From Patellaria atrata CBS 101060 (Eukaryota), in NCBI GenBank assembly GCA_010093705.1, contig MU006096.1, forward strand, positions 642,004 to 706,003: a stretch of DNA of 64,000 nt, written 5' to 3'. The notes under the pieces were generated by a model, which was not told the DNA's origin, made no database searches, and was given only the letters and a program-made list of their open reading frames with translations. Positions 1-13,071 of the stretch are shown here, one piece after another. Each line of letters opens with the position of its first letter. The stretch's first letter is position 1. The position numbers and the translations under genes were made by a program.

Positions 1-567
1 TATCCTTACGAAACGCCGTTGAGAGAATAAACTACAAAGTAGGACGAGTGAAATTTCAAACTTTGATGCCGTCCAGATCTGTCCAATTTCTGAACACAGG
101 TGCGTTATTCGAGGCGGTTGATACTGATTAAGACCACATTCGTGTAACTTATCCCTTTGCCAAAGTTTCCCGGATACTGTAGATTTATCGAAAAGCTTCC
201 CTTGCGCTGTAGGGATAAGGAGAGGGCCGGAAACGAATTGACGTCAGATCCAGTGCTTTTGGGTGCGAGAAAGGGAAGATACTTCTTACTGTACACATCA
301 ATATTTTGAAGTAGTTTTCCACTCCAGGGTCACAACCAGTGAGAGGCGTGGATAGTTGGGCGTGATCTCATGAATGAAAAAGGAGGCTGACTCAGCAAGC
401 GTCGGTCCGTCGGAGCCCAACACGTCTCACTTTTGGGAGTGCGAACTCTTTTCCAAGCAATTATCATCACCCAGCAAGTTCCATCGCCACGCGCATCCAA
501 ACCATTCGACTGACCCAGAGACTACTGGCTCAGTCCCCATCTTCTCATTTCGCGCTTCCAAAGTTTT

Positions 568-3500
568 ATGCAACCAGAGCTTCCTGACGTTACCCCAAAA
601 GCTCCATCAGAACCTGCCCAACAAGAACTTTCAGAACCATCTTCCCAGCATGGACTGCACTACAATCATGATCGCCCGCTCCACCTCCGGCACGAGGAGG
701 TCGAGCGGAGCGGACCCTCATCGCTATTGTGGGAGGAGGATATGTCAAAGTACTCGTCACCAGAACGTGACGAATCGGACGCGCCGTCTTTTGAGCGATT
801 GAGCAAATCTTTAACGCCTCCGGGCCACCGCATCGCAGAATATGAGAGCTCAAAGACTCCTACGCGAGAATTGGACTTTGAAGAAGTAGATTTTCGTGTT
901 GCTAGGAACTCACGCCAACCTGAAGACGGAAGGTCTGCGATATCTTTTCTGCCCAACGGTAAGTGAACGATAACCATTTGGTTTTATGTAACAGTTGTAG
1001 TGCTAATTGGAATTACTCTCTAGAGATATTGACCCATGTATTATCACATCTATCTCCTACTGATCTCTCTGCAGTCAGTCTGGTTTCCCAACGATTTCAT
1101 AACCTTGTAACGACACCACATGCGTGGCGAGTTGCTTTCGCTCGATACTTCCAAGGACAGAATGCGATTGCGGCAGCTACAGGTTTTTTTGAGTCTAATA
1201 ACGGACGCGAAGATCTACGTTCAGATAAACGATATTTCACGAGGCTTACCGCACTTGCATCTTGGAGAAGCGAGTATATTCTTCGAACTCGCTTGCTAAG
1301 ATCACTTACAAGAGGTAAACCGACCCAAGCGCTAGGCTCACCGAACAATAGTCGCTCTGGCCTAGGTCAAAATGCTAACGCTATTGTCATGTATAACTCC
1401 AATCTTTTGGCGTTGGTGAACCATATGCATGCCGCATTTGGCGATGGTCTCAACAAACGCTTTCCGCGCTTCTTACATGGCGCTGATGAGTTTGGAATTG
1501 CATCCATGAGCGAAGCGAACATCGGCAAAGTACAGAGTTGGGGTTTATCGGACCAACCAACGTTCCTTCAGTTTTCAGAGTTGTTCCCTGGGGATGCACA
1601 ATGGGGCCTCGGTGCAGGGGATATTGTAGGTTGCCCCAATGTGATGGACGTTAGCCAACCTTGTGGAATGATCTACGGGGAAGGACACCCAGGAGGAGCA
1701 CTTTATTTCCGTTCGATTGATGAAATGCGTGGCAACCGCATCAACGTCCCGGTGGAGCTCTCCATTCTGGATCTTGGTATTCCTAATGTCGCTACCAATG
1801 ATGAATCAATCTGCTCCGTCTGGATAGCGAAGTCTCGATCCATCCCAACTCTATCCGAGGGCCTCGTGGGTATTCTCTCTGGGTCCTCCTCAGGAATTGT
1901 CTCTTCGTTCAGTCTTGGGACTGATGGTCTTCGTGATCAACGCATCACGCGTGGGGAATTGACCGCCAAGTGGGTTCTGAGTCCCGGCGTTCCAGTCATA
2001 GCTATAGCTGTAGACGATACCTATTCCATCAAGCGCCAAGCTCAGAACCGTATATGGGCTGTGGCGCTCAACGCTTTGGGGGAGGTGTTCTACTTAACGA
2101 AATTTCCCCAGAGACCCAAGGCAGAACGAGGAACGAAATCGGACACCAAGGGCTTGGAACGTCTTGCCTGGATAACTGGTAGGTCTGTGTACTGGAACCT
2201 TGTGGAGCCCAGTAGACGAGCTGCACGATCAGATCCGTATAATGTTGGTGTTGATGGTAGCTATTCTCCTCGTTCTTCCTGGAATGGTACATGCTTGAAT
2301 ACGAACCAAATCAGGGCTGAAACAAGAGAAGTTGAAGAGTTCTTGTTGAAAAGACCCAAGGACTTCCAGAAATCCTGCCTTGGGTGGGATATGCAACGGA
2401 AGTTAGAAGTCGATTTTGCTGGTGACGATGGAAATTACGCCGGGGAATCTGTCATCGTAATAAGCTGTGGCCTCGATGAGGGTCACCCTAGTAGTGCTCT
2501 TAGATTCACTAGATGTAAAGTCACAGAGCAGTTACTAGAGGAAGCCAGCTCAAAAACTGAACAGCACGCTCCGCCTTGGGGTTCCGAGCTGGAATCGATC
2601 TTCGGCAATTCAAAAGGTACTTCACGGCTCTCTCTTTCATCCGCCTCCCATGGTCGACAGGATAGAAGATCTTCTAATTCACTTTCTGGATCCTCGCCTG
2701 AACGAGCAGGCCGATTCGAGGAGTGGCGGACTTCCTCGTTTTCATTTGGCTCGCCAAAGCCTCCCGCGATAGCCACGTCTGCCATCGATATGTCAACTTA
2801 TAGCTTGCTGACTTTGTCCGAAGATCCTGTGCTTGGATTCTCGGGAGTCTCAACAGCGTCTTCTCCCTTCGCTTCGCCTCTCTCATCCGATTCCCAACCA
2901 GCTTCTCCAGCAGATATTCCTGGTCAGAGAGCGCGCTTTCTTGCAATGGGAACCAAAAATGGAATCATATTTCTTTGGGATATCAGAGCACCGGTGTCTA
3001 AGTCTTCAGACTTTGTTAACACCGTTAAACCTCTACGAATAATCTATACTGATTCACCCGAGATTTCATGCATTGCTCTGACCGGCTTGTATCTCGTTCA
3101 CGGTGGCAATGATGGACTCGTTCAAGCTTGGGATCCACTCACGTCCACAACTCAACCCATACGTACCATTAACTCACGCTTTTCATCTCGCGCTCGTCGC
3201 CGCCTTGTCCAAGCGCAGGCTACGCCGCAAGGTGTAGGTATCAATATGTTTGCTGCTGGCGCGATATGTTTAGACCCAGATCCTACCGTGCTCCGCGGAG
3301 TCGTATCGCTCGGAACTCATCTGCGCTATTGGAGCTACAGTTCTTCAGCGATTGATCAATATAAGGGTCACAAGCGCAGACCTCGACGCTCTGAGCGCGG
3401 CAGTAATAACGGTGGTGAAAGGTTTGCTGGAGGCGGCAGTAACAATCTTAAGCACTATATTGCTAATGAAAAATATGAACTCGAACGCGAGGAAGAGCAT

Positions 3501-4121
3501 CGTGCACGCGAAGCCGATCACCTCGCGGGAAGATTTGGTATTGATCTGCTCGATAACGAAGATGAAGCAATAGCTTATGCTGCTCTTTTGTCTCAAGAAA
3601 CCTTAGCATTAGATGAACAGCGACGTCAGAGCGAGAGCAGCATGGAAACTAGCGTTTTGCAGCAAGGTCTGTCCTCCGGTAGTGTTTTCACGAGCTCCAC
3701 AGTCACACCTGAAGGGAGTCCCAAGAACTTGACCTCGTCGTCACCAATTCTCAAAGACGACTCGGAGTTGGATGCGGAAATTGCGGAAGCTATAAGAATA
3801 AGCCTACAGGAAGAAGCGATAAGGTCCGGTCAGACAGATATTTCGATGCATGGCACGGGCTCTGCAAGCTTTCATATTCCTATACGATATACTAAGCATC
3901 GAAAGTCCGGACGCTCTACTAGTTTAAGTGATTCGCCTCCGGAGAGCAGCGTTCCCTCATCTAGCAAAGCTGAAGAGATGAGCGACCTAGAATTTGCCCT
4001 ACAGCTAAGTATAGCAGAGGAAGAGAGTAGAAACGAAGTCTCTGAGTTAATCGACGAGTTTCCCGCTCTAGATCCACCTAGTAGAGGAACAGGAAAGGGG
4101 AAAGGGAAAGGCCGCGCATGA
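568..4121 (+). CDS. F-box / WD40-like protein with C-terminal UIM motifs (Pof10-like)
   Basis: Exon 568-958, intron 959-1023 (GTAAGT...GCTAAT...TAG). Splicing builds the F-box LPNEILTHVLSHLSPTDLSAVSLVSQRF. WD-like segments (IFLWDIR, VQAWDP) and UIM-like DAEIAEAIRISLQE and DLEFALQLSIAEE. Confidence 0.85.
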
Positions 4122-4526
4122 GTTGTTGCTTATGCGAGTGGAGTTCTAGGTATAATCTCATGGAGGAGCTGTATTGTGCACCTCAGATTTCATTCAGTTC
4201 GTTATTGATTGCAAGTTTCCTTTCTCATTGGTGTATTTAATAAGCCGCGGTCGCAAGACCTCACCTGTTTATTTCTCACTGATACTTGTTGCTAATAGAT
4301 TTTGACCAATTTATCTTTCGCTCTATATCTTCTAATTACCTTGATCCTATCTTGATGGTAAACTTGGGAGGTGTCGGGTAACCATTAGGTTAAAGTTAAG
4401 TAACGTACCTTAATGGAAGGTAGGAAGCCTATTTCCACATTCGGCATGCGCGTTAGTATGGCGCACGTCCTTTGGCAAATTCATTGTATGTTCAAGATAT
4501 TCCTCAGGGAATCAATAGTCTTAAAT

Positions 4527-7500
4527 ATGGATGACGCAACAATGGAGAACCACACAGATGCGTCTGTACAAGAGGACGAAATTTCTACAAGCGACGCAAC
4601 TACCAGCGATGTCAACGCTGAGCAAATCCAGACGGATTCTAGATCAGAACCACTTCTAGAGCTCGAATATGAGCCCACAGTCCTTGAATTTACGCGCTTC
4701 CATGGTCTCTCGAAGAACTTCCAAGAAGCGACTTTGAGCAAATGGAGTTTGCAGCTAGACTTTGAAAATGACGACGAGCAGCTCGAACAACTCTTATTCC
4801 CTAGTCTTACGGATTCTAAAGTCAAAGAGCGCCTAGTTATTAACAAGTCTCCAGCTGAGCTTTTAAAGACGATTCTCACCCTATCAGATTGTCCAAGTTC
4901 TACTGATGTTTCCGATATACCAAGAAAGTATGCACAGCTGAAAGTCGAGTTACCCGTTCTAAACACTGAGCCTGAAATGGATATGCTTAAATTCGGATGT
5001 ACTGCGGTGTCCGATTTGAAAGATTTCGGATTCCCCTTAGAAGATATCGACGAAGAGAATGATGAAGGACTGCAGTGGCCGTCGAAGTCTCGACGCTACA
5101 CCACTTCCTGGGACTCACGAGCTAGAGCCGAGAAGCTGAAGGTATCTAGACACGGACTCATGTTCCTCCAGAATTTAATGGGGAGTAACGAAAACCATGA
5201 AAAGGCCATTGTTCAATCTCAAACGGACACTACATACGAAAGGGTAAATCCGTCAATATCTGGTCCGAAATAGCGGCTAATACTAGTAGAGGGCAACGTT
5301 CGAGCCAGTTACGCCACCATTACTTCCACTCAGTCCTCCTTTGAAATACTTCGAGCCGTTCTCTCCTGCAGGCTATCTCGAACCTTGGTCAGACCTTGAA
5401 GATACTACCGCTGCTGAGCTTCGAAATATAGATGAAGAGCTAATGAAGAAGGATGCTATAGTGCCTATCGCTAACGGGGAGGATGGTAATATAATACAGC
5501 AACTGTCGTCCGAAGATATCACCCGAATTTACAGTCCCTTAGTATCAATAGGCAAAAGCGCATCTATATCTCCACAGAAGCGGAAACTTTCTGACCTAAA
5601 GGTCGAAGGCCCACTCACACCACCGATCTTTGATCAGTTGTCGGTCAAAAAAGGGAAATTAGTGTCCTTCCCCGACGTTATTCATGACTTTATACCTAAG
5701 ATTTCTAACCTAGTTGAAAATACAGAGGACCCAATGAACCCAACAGGAGATGTTGATGCATTCTTCAACGAATGTTTTACCCCATTTGCCGAAAAGGCTC
5801 AAAGAGAACTGGAAAATGAACAACTAGTTGAAGCAGACTGCACGAAGAGAGTCAGTGTACCTGAAGTCGAGCAAATAGTACCACAGAGGCCTTGGGAAGT
5901 GTATTGTTCGAAGCCTCGAGGAGGGCCAGTAATCCCGCGGACTGAGCTCGAGGCTCAACGTAAGATGCTGCTGCGGACTAAGCACGAAGATCTACGCCAG
6001 TTCCATCACTGGCATGGTGTGTCAAAGATTGAACGCGAACTCAGATGGAGCCCATTTCCTCCCGAACTAGAAAAGATCAAGTTAGAAGAACAGATCGATT
6101 ATGAAGATCAACTAAACGACTTTTTGAATGGTTTAGATATCCAAGATATCGTTCGTAGTGACTCGCTTACCTGGAACCCGGAAGGGTTGAGGCTATTTGA
6201 CGACAAGGAAGATACCGATGAAGAGGTTGAACCCGACCCGCATATTGAACGTCTAATTGCGTATTTCCGGGGCGGGACTGGGGATATACACCGTACACAG
6301 ATTGATTCAGTCCCCGAAGAGAATCTTACTTCTGCGAGGAGTGAGCTCATTCTCAGACGTATCAATACTGTGAAACAGGACTTCCTTTCGAAGCACGTCT
6401 CTGACGGGAATGCTATAACCAATCATGCTCCAAAAGATAACAATGTTATGTTTGGTAGCAGGTTTTCGGCTGCAGCTGCAATTTCGAATTTCATGTCTCT
6501 GCATGGTAAGAGTAGGACACCGGAGACGGGACCAGTTTCTTCCCAAACAGAGCAGGTTCCAAACCTGGACTCTAAAAGCACAGTTGAAGAATGGACAGTT
6601 CTTCCGACCTCCACGAAGGCCACTCCGCATGTCGCTCAAGCGACACTGCCACCCGGTCTGGCAGTCAAACAGCTGCTACCTTCTCTACCTCTTTCTCCAT
6701 CTCCGATCTCAACAAGCATTATTCTCTCTTCCGACTTGCTTTCACGTCGGTCCTTGATTCGCAGTCTGGAACATTTCTTCACGGGAAATGCATTCATCTA
6801 CCGTGATGATGCACGTATAACACCTCCAATGGTTCCGTCCACTTCCGGGTTTTCAAACCCTAAGGAAGCCGACGAACCTGATATTCTGATATCTCCGGCA
6901 TTAGGGTTGTTTTTAACGACACTACAAAAGATTAAGCAGAGACCGTTGCCAGGTCAAGCCGCTCAGCCAGAAGGGATCAAGAACAGAATTACTGCTATGT
7001 CCTCAAAAGTTGAGAAGTTAATGGTATTAGTCAGTGAAGGCCGGACCGATTATAAGCATTTCAATGGAACGGCCGACTCGATGGAAGACCAACAGGTCAA
7101 TGAATACCGCCTGCTTGAGTCTCGAAATTGTGAGGCGTTATGTGATCTCATAAGTTATTGCACCCTAGTAGATGCCGACGTATATGTGCAGTACGTGCCT
7201 GGTGGTGAGGCTAAGTTAGCACAATGGATTGCTGGACTAGCTACTCGTTTTTCTACATCCAGCGAAGAACAGAACGAATCGCAACTGATACAAGACGAGA
7301 CGCTCTGGGAGCTTTTCCTGCGACGCGCTGGCTTCAATGCTTATGCTGCTCAAGTTGTTCTATCTTCCTTGAAGTCATCTTACGGCTCTGAAGCTGATCT
7401 CCAAAGCAACAGACCTGCTGCTAGGGAGTTATTTGGGCTGCCAGCATTCGTCAATATGACTCCTGAGGAGAGATTAGAAAGATTCCAGGGAGTAATGGGA

Positions 7501-7599
7501 GGGGCAAGAGTGTTGAGAAAGGTGAATGCTACCCTTGAGAAGAGCTGGCCAAGCGCTTGTGACGGGTTTGCGGCATTGGGAAACGAGAAAATGGGATGA
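4527..7599 (+). CDS. Conserved fungal protein with a C-terminal XPF-like/HhH-like region; candidate Zip2/SHOC1 homolog
   Basis: Two long ORFs joined in frame by intron 5244-5289 (GTAAAT...GCTAAT...TAG). C-terminal motifs EPDILISPALG and ETLWELFLRRAGFNAYAAQVVL. Start codon uncertain. Confidence 0.65.
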
Positions 7600-7737
7600 G
7601 CGACGGTGCCCGACATTTTGCAATCTGTTCCCCTATAATACGCGTTGAGCTATGTCTCTGGATTTCAACTACTATATAGGGTGTCTAGACTATCAAGAAC
7701 TCCCACCTATGCGCCTTGTCAGACCGTGTCTCGTTGG

Positions 7738-8367
7738 TCAGTTATCGACAGGGGCTCCGTCAAATCCCTTACCACCTTTGCTACCTCTCCAGTACATCTT
7801 ACCTGGTAATCTGTCCGTTACACCTTCGACCATGTTCTCACAGAAAAGGTGTTGTTTGGCATACAGTAGTTGCTTGCCATATCCTTTCCCGTCTCTCTCA
7901 GCTCTGATACCAGTTTCATCTTCTATCTTCTTGCCTGTCTTCTGCCCACATAACACATCCTCGTCCAGATTCCCGACATACAATTCAGTGTCATTAGGAG
8001 CATTGTCGGACATATACGTAAGGGGACTTCCGCACTCGCTACAGAAACTTCTTTTTGCAAAGCTCGATGATCTGTAGGTTTTGTAGGTAGGGAACGAGCT
8101 GAGAGGAGGTTGAATGTTCTGGGTAGGGATCGTGATAAGTTGGGGTAAGATAGATCCCATTGCTTTACGGCACATGGTACATTGGCAAGTTCCATTCTAA
8201 AGGGGTTAGTTTTCAGTTGAGAGAGATTCTAGTAATTTTCCTGGGAACCGTAAGAAACATACATCAGCTGGAGGCCAATCGGAATCCGGCGAGAAGGAGA
8301 TCTTGTATTGAATTGCTTTGCAAAGACATCCTCCAGTGATGAACTCTGGACGAGCGTTTGAAGCCAT
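7738..8367 (-). CDS. GFA / CENP-V (Mss4-like) zinc-binding protein
   Basis: Exon 1 has ITGGCLCKAIQY; intron 8262-8197; exon 2 has CQCTMCRK and RSFCSECGSPL. Confidence 0.9.
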
Positions 8368-9115
8368 ACTACAAAGCATGAGCTGTATGTAAGTGCTGAT
8401 TAGGAACAGGTCATCAGTTGAATTTGAAGTTGGGTGAGGTTTTGCCTGCAGTAGAGTTACCTAGATGAGGATATGCATCTTATACTAATTCATAACTACC
8501 TAGCATGCATGTATACCCCGTACAGGTCTTCGAAAGGGCGTGCTTGGATATTATCTCCAACATATGAAATCAGTGGCGGGAGAGTATTTAGAGCTATAGT
8601 TCCAACGCAGTGTAGATCCTACATGCTTGCATTATTCAACAAGCATCGGATTGTTCGCATTCGTTTCAATAGTCCCATTAGAAATATCATGATTTTGGTC
8701 AAGGCTTAATCGTACTGTGAATACAAAGTCTGAAGTGTTGACGATGTAATGTACTGTCGTACTGTTCACATATGGTACTGTACAAGTTCGGGAACGTCAT
8801 GGAGGAGGGGCAGGGGGTTGTATCACGTTCACCTCCGAGCCCGGTTTCCGCATCTGTCATCAACAGAGAAGCAACAACCTCTCCTGGAGTAAGATCCACC
8901 TGCTTTATGCCCGCACTTATTTAATCGTCCTCAGATTCTTCAATATTACGTTCTCCAGCATGGCGCAATGACGGGAGCGATTACCTGCTCGTGCCGCAAC
9001 AGCAAGTCGCGTCATTTAGTATACTTTGATCGATGCGTCTTGCTACCTGTTCCTTTGGTGTATGTTACCTAGCTAAACACAGTTGTTGATCGTTGGATAA
9101 AGACAGAGAACCGCA

Positions 9116-12025
9116 ATGGCCGAAAAGAACCTTCCACCTACCTCGACCTCTTTCATGAACACCACTTCTGGCTTCACGCCTTCCCCGATGGACCTGCTGA
9201 TGGTCATACCTCGACTTGCTCAACGCGCCGGAGCTTTCGCTTTTTTTCACATGCCGGAACAATTTGACAATTTCATTGGCAAGGTACGAAATGGCGGTAG
9301 TGTTATTGCGGAACCAACAATTCCGGAAACTATCAACATCACAGCCAAAATGACGCCGTCAACATTCGATCAAAGTGCTACCCCTCCACTTGCTTCTGCT
9401 GCTGCAGCACAACAAGCAGCGACACAAGCCACAAAGAATCTTTTCAACTTTCAGAATGTGAGAAACTTGGGTGGTGTGTTCCAGTATATGACTTCAAAGT
9501 GGGCTTTAGCCACGTTCGCGGCACATATCCTGGCGAATCGTACACACTTTTACGCTTCTTCACGAGTACCTTTGACCCTTAGATGGCCGATGCGTTTGGT
9601 TCTGTACATTATACCAATTTTCATATTCACCTATCAAACTCTCTGGATCCTACAAGGGCTCCGGTGTCAGACATCACTGGATTGGCCCGAGTTGAGGTAT
9701 GGAAATTCAGAGACACACCTCGACATCGATTTTGCTGGGGACGGAGGCTACCTATATCGACTGAGCTCTACAATACTTTTCTGGGAAACCGATGCGGATG
9801 CTTGTCGTAATGTCAATATGGGCGCCGTTGATGGACCGGTGACCGAGCTGAGTGGTTCTCTTGCACTTCTATGGCCCCTATTCGTTTCCTTGTGTTTCAG
9901 TACGTTCGTTGATACACTTGTTAACGCTTTACAAGGCCGAGCGTTCATGCCTGAGACCGGAATGACCATTTTCGAGCATTCTCTTGCGTTCGCGGAAGCA
10001 GAAGCAATGATTACCCGACCGTTTGACTTCGGCGGATTAGCAGTTAAAGGCGTCTCTGCTGATACCATCACTGTCTCAAAGGGCGTGGAGGGCAGCGGTA
10101 AAGTCTTGATCACCAAAGCTCTCATGCTCCAAGTCATGAACGTCCCTTCAGAAGTGCTTCTAATTTCACTGATATCATCGTTAAGTCACCTCACAGGAGG
10201 CATATTGGTCGTCTTAGGAATGAAATCCAAGTTGAGGCTTATTCATTCCGGCATTTGGGGCCTTGCGTACATGAGCACTTTTGCTTGGAGCTTCTGGAAA
10301 TTTTCGTTCAGGGACCTCGATGACGGCAAAGACTCTGCTATCTTAAGGTTCCCTACTGTCTGTATCATCGGATTCATTCCACACCTATTGATTCTTATAG
10401 GAATCGCTTGTTGCGCCATGATCTATGGGTTAGCTCTTGTCATAACAGCTTTTGCACTGCCCGGTCGGTTCGTCGGGTTCAAGGAGAGATTAGCTGCAGC
10501 CTATGAAAATCTGCATGCGAATGTTCACCTCTCGACAAACACCCCGATATCATTTAGCTGGCATGACGATTTCTATACGGCACTTCTGAAGACCGGCTTC
10601 ACAATACTCACCTCGGCAAGCGAAGCAGTCTACCTTAATGAGGGATCGAAAGTTCGCGTAGCCCAATCTACATGGCTGGAAGAAAAGCGAATCCAAGAGC
10701 TTTTTCAACAGAAAACTCTCTTGCACCGAATTATTAACAGAATCCCAGCGGAAATCCGGAACGATGCAATGGCGTTGAACATTGGCCTTTCAGAAGCTCC
10801 TAACCGGGACAATGACGGTAGTTTCCTTCACTCTGGCTATGCTCAAGAGCGCAAGACGCGAAAGGCCCAAGCTACAACCGCAAAGGAACTAGAACTTGGT
10901 ATCCTCGAACGCAGAAGTAGATATGTCATGACGACGGAGTTCTTGAAAGCTCTGTTTTCGTTCATTGCTTCATTGAATGCGTGGATATTCATCAGACTAT
11001 TACAGGCCATGAGAATCACGTACCGTCCAAGATGGCTTCTCCGTATATCAGGTATAGATGAACAAATAAGGAAAGGTCGCCCTCAAAGTCGAGGTGTCAA
11101 AACGCATTCTCGGGAGAAGTTGCGGGATTTCTACCATATCTTACCTGATGGGACTCTTAGATACTTTACTGACAGACCGGTATCTCCAACGCAGTTTCAA
11201 TATTCGAATGATCGCAACGTAGATGTCGAGGATATAACTCGCGATCGGATCCAGACTTGGTTTACAGAAAAAGAGCCGCCGGAGAAGATCGAGGAGAGAG
11301 TTAACGATCATCTCTACGAGTGGTGGAAAGGTGGCGGTTGGTGGGGAGATAAAGACGAGAGTGGAGAGTACGTAGACCACATGGAAGATGACGATATCAC
11401 CAGTGTAATCACAATATCCTCAACTGCTGAACGGGAAGACGAGTGGTCCGATATTGACGAAGGTGTGCGTACTCCAACTCAAGAAGATCCATATCCTATC
11501 AGCAGAGAGGCCACGCCGATGACTGATGATTTGATGAATACTTCCCATCTTGCAAACCTTCTAGATCCCCAAACAGCCGATCAACGATCAGAAGCGCAGA
11601 TATTAGCAAGACATCTGAAGAGCGAGGGCATTATGACGCGATCTCAGTATAAGCGAGACCTACTGAGAGATCGATCTCGTATACTATTATCGCGAAATGG
11701 AAGTACTACAGTAGGTGGCCTCTTGTCAGCAGAAGATGAAGAGCGTGAACTGGAGAAATTCATCCTCGATCGACGTTCGGCTACCCCTCGGAGCTCGAAT
11801 GACAATAAAAACGGAGCTACATGGGATACTGGAGCTGAAGGCATGGGATCAGGCGGACCGCAATGCGTGGTTTGTCAGTTCTCACCACGGACTGTCTTAG
11901 TTTGGCCATGCGGTTGTCTGAGTCTTTGCGATGACTGCAGAGTGGGCCTTGCGGCTAGAAACTTCTCGTCTTGCGTTTGCTGCCGTAGCAATGTGGTGGC
12001 ATATTCGCGTCTGTATGTTCCCTGA
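9116..12025 (+). CDS. Multi-pass membrane RING E3 ubiquitin ligase (Asi1/Asi3-like)
   Basis: 969-aa single ORF with several hydrophobic helices, FEHSLAFAE motif and a C-terminal RING (CVVC...PCGCLSLCDDC...CVCC). Confidence 0.85.
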   Translation: MAEKNLPPTSTSFMNTTSGFTPSPMDLLMVIPRLAQRAGAFAFFHMPEQFDNFIGKVRNGGSVIAEPTIPETINITAKMTPSTFDQSATPPLASAAAAQQAATQATKNLFNFQNVRNLGGVFQYMTSKWALATFAAHILANRTHFYASSRVPLTLRWPMRLVLYIIPIFIFTYQTLWILQGLRCQTSLDWPELRYGNSETHLDIDFAGDGGYLYRLSSTILFWETDADACRNVNMGAVDGPVTELSGSLALLWPLFVSLCFSTFVDTLVNALQGRAFMPETGMTIFEHSLAFAEAEAMITRPFDFGGLAVKGVSADTITVSKGVEGSGKVLITKALMLQVMNVPSEVLLISLISSLSHLTGGILVVLGMKSKLRLIHSGIWGLAYMSTFAWSFWKFSFRDLDDGKDSAILRFPTVCIIGFIPHLLILIGIACCAMIYGLALVITAFALPGRFVGFKERLAAAYENLHANVHLSTNTPISFSWHDDFYTALLKTGFTILTSASEAVYLNEGSKVRVAQSTWLEEKRIQELFQQKTLLHRIINRIPAEIRNDAMALNIGLSEAPNRDNDGSFLHSGYAQERKTRKAQATTAKELELGILERRSRYVMTTEFLKALFSFIASLNAWIFIRLLQAMRITYRPRWLLRISGIDEQIRKGRPQSRGVKTHSREKLRDFYHILPDGTLRYFTDRPVSPTQFQYSNDRNVDVEDITRDRIQTWFTEKEPPEKIEERVNDHLYEWWKGGGWWGDKDESGEYVDHMEDDDITSVITISSTAEREDEWSDIDEGVRTPTQEDPYPISREATPMTDDLMNTSHLANLLDPQTADQRSEAQILARHLKSEGIMTRSQYKRDLLRDRSRILLSRNGSTTVGGLLSAEDEERELEKFILDRRSATPRSSNDNKNGATWDTGAEGMGSGGPQCVVCQFSPRTVLVWPCGCLSLCDDCRVGLAARNFSSCVCCRSNVVAYSRLYVP

Positions 12026-13071
12026 GCATCTTACGATCTCATGCATCATCGAAAGGAGTTCGGGATTTCAGGGTTCAGGAATAGGGCGCAAGCATTGTTT
12101 GACTCCTCTGGGAGCATCATACAGAAGCGGTACTGTACATACTAGAACAATCGTTTGTCCGTGGCGTGAATGAGCGATAGACTTCGTGGATGAAATGATT
12201 TGTACAGTTCTTTTACTGCTCAACCAATACCCAATCATATTCTGGCATCATACTTGATCACTCTTAGTACCCCATTAGGGAATAGGTGTGAAGCTTGTGC
12301 CCTGAGTGGCATACAGTTCATATCTTGATAAGCAGATTAGAAATGCAAAATTATGCTTCGGTTTACTATAGTGAACATAGTGACACTCTGTCTCTCTCCT
12401 TCTCTAAATAAATCCGTGTCCTATCCTGTCATATCTAGTACTTCGCAATTACTATATGCCTTCAGGAAGTGCGGGATTGTTTGCACTATAAACTCGAGTC
12501 CGGAATGTTAATGTTGTGTTATACAGCCAAATTCCTCTGCACAACACAATGGAATATCTCCCTAGGATAAGGGGTAACCCAAAAGGAGGTCGAAGCCAAA
12601 AGTTAGCATGATGGATTCTTGTCGGAAATCGCTCGGGGCGGAGATTTTTTGTTGTAACCTTTAGATCTGGACTCATTCTTGAATCTGTTCACTGATTCAT
12701 CACTTACCGATTACACTCAGTTAGATCCTCTTCCAATTAATAATACAAGTGAACATTTCCCCGCTTTGTGCACGTTCGAATTGTCAAGGCACGTCAGGAT
12801 GCTCGGCTCCCTTGCTCCAAGATACTAATTGCGTCACGACGACTCTACGAAGACGCACTTTATCTTGAAAGATCTTAGTATGAGCTTCAGGGATATACAA
12901 ATCGTGCAAAGTATATCAATGAGAATGAATTCCCTTTTGAAAGAACTCAGGCTTGCTCAATACTCAAACACTGAGAACATTAGTTTTATATCTTACTCCC
13001 CCGTCATCTTGAGCAATTGATCGCGTTTTGTGCTAATATATTCCACGAATCATACCAATTATACCAACGTC

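Noticed and set aside
1..560. Short ORFs 105-296 and 374-802
   Set aside because: No recognisable homology; one overlaps the F-box exon in another frame.
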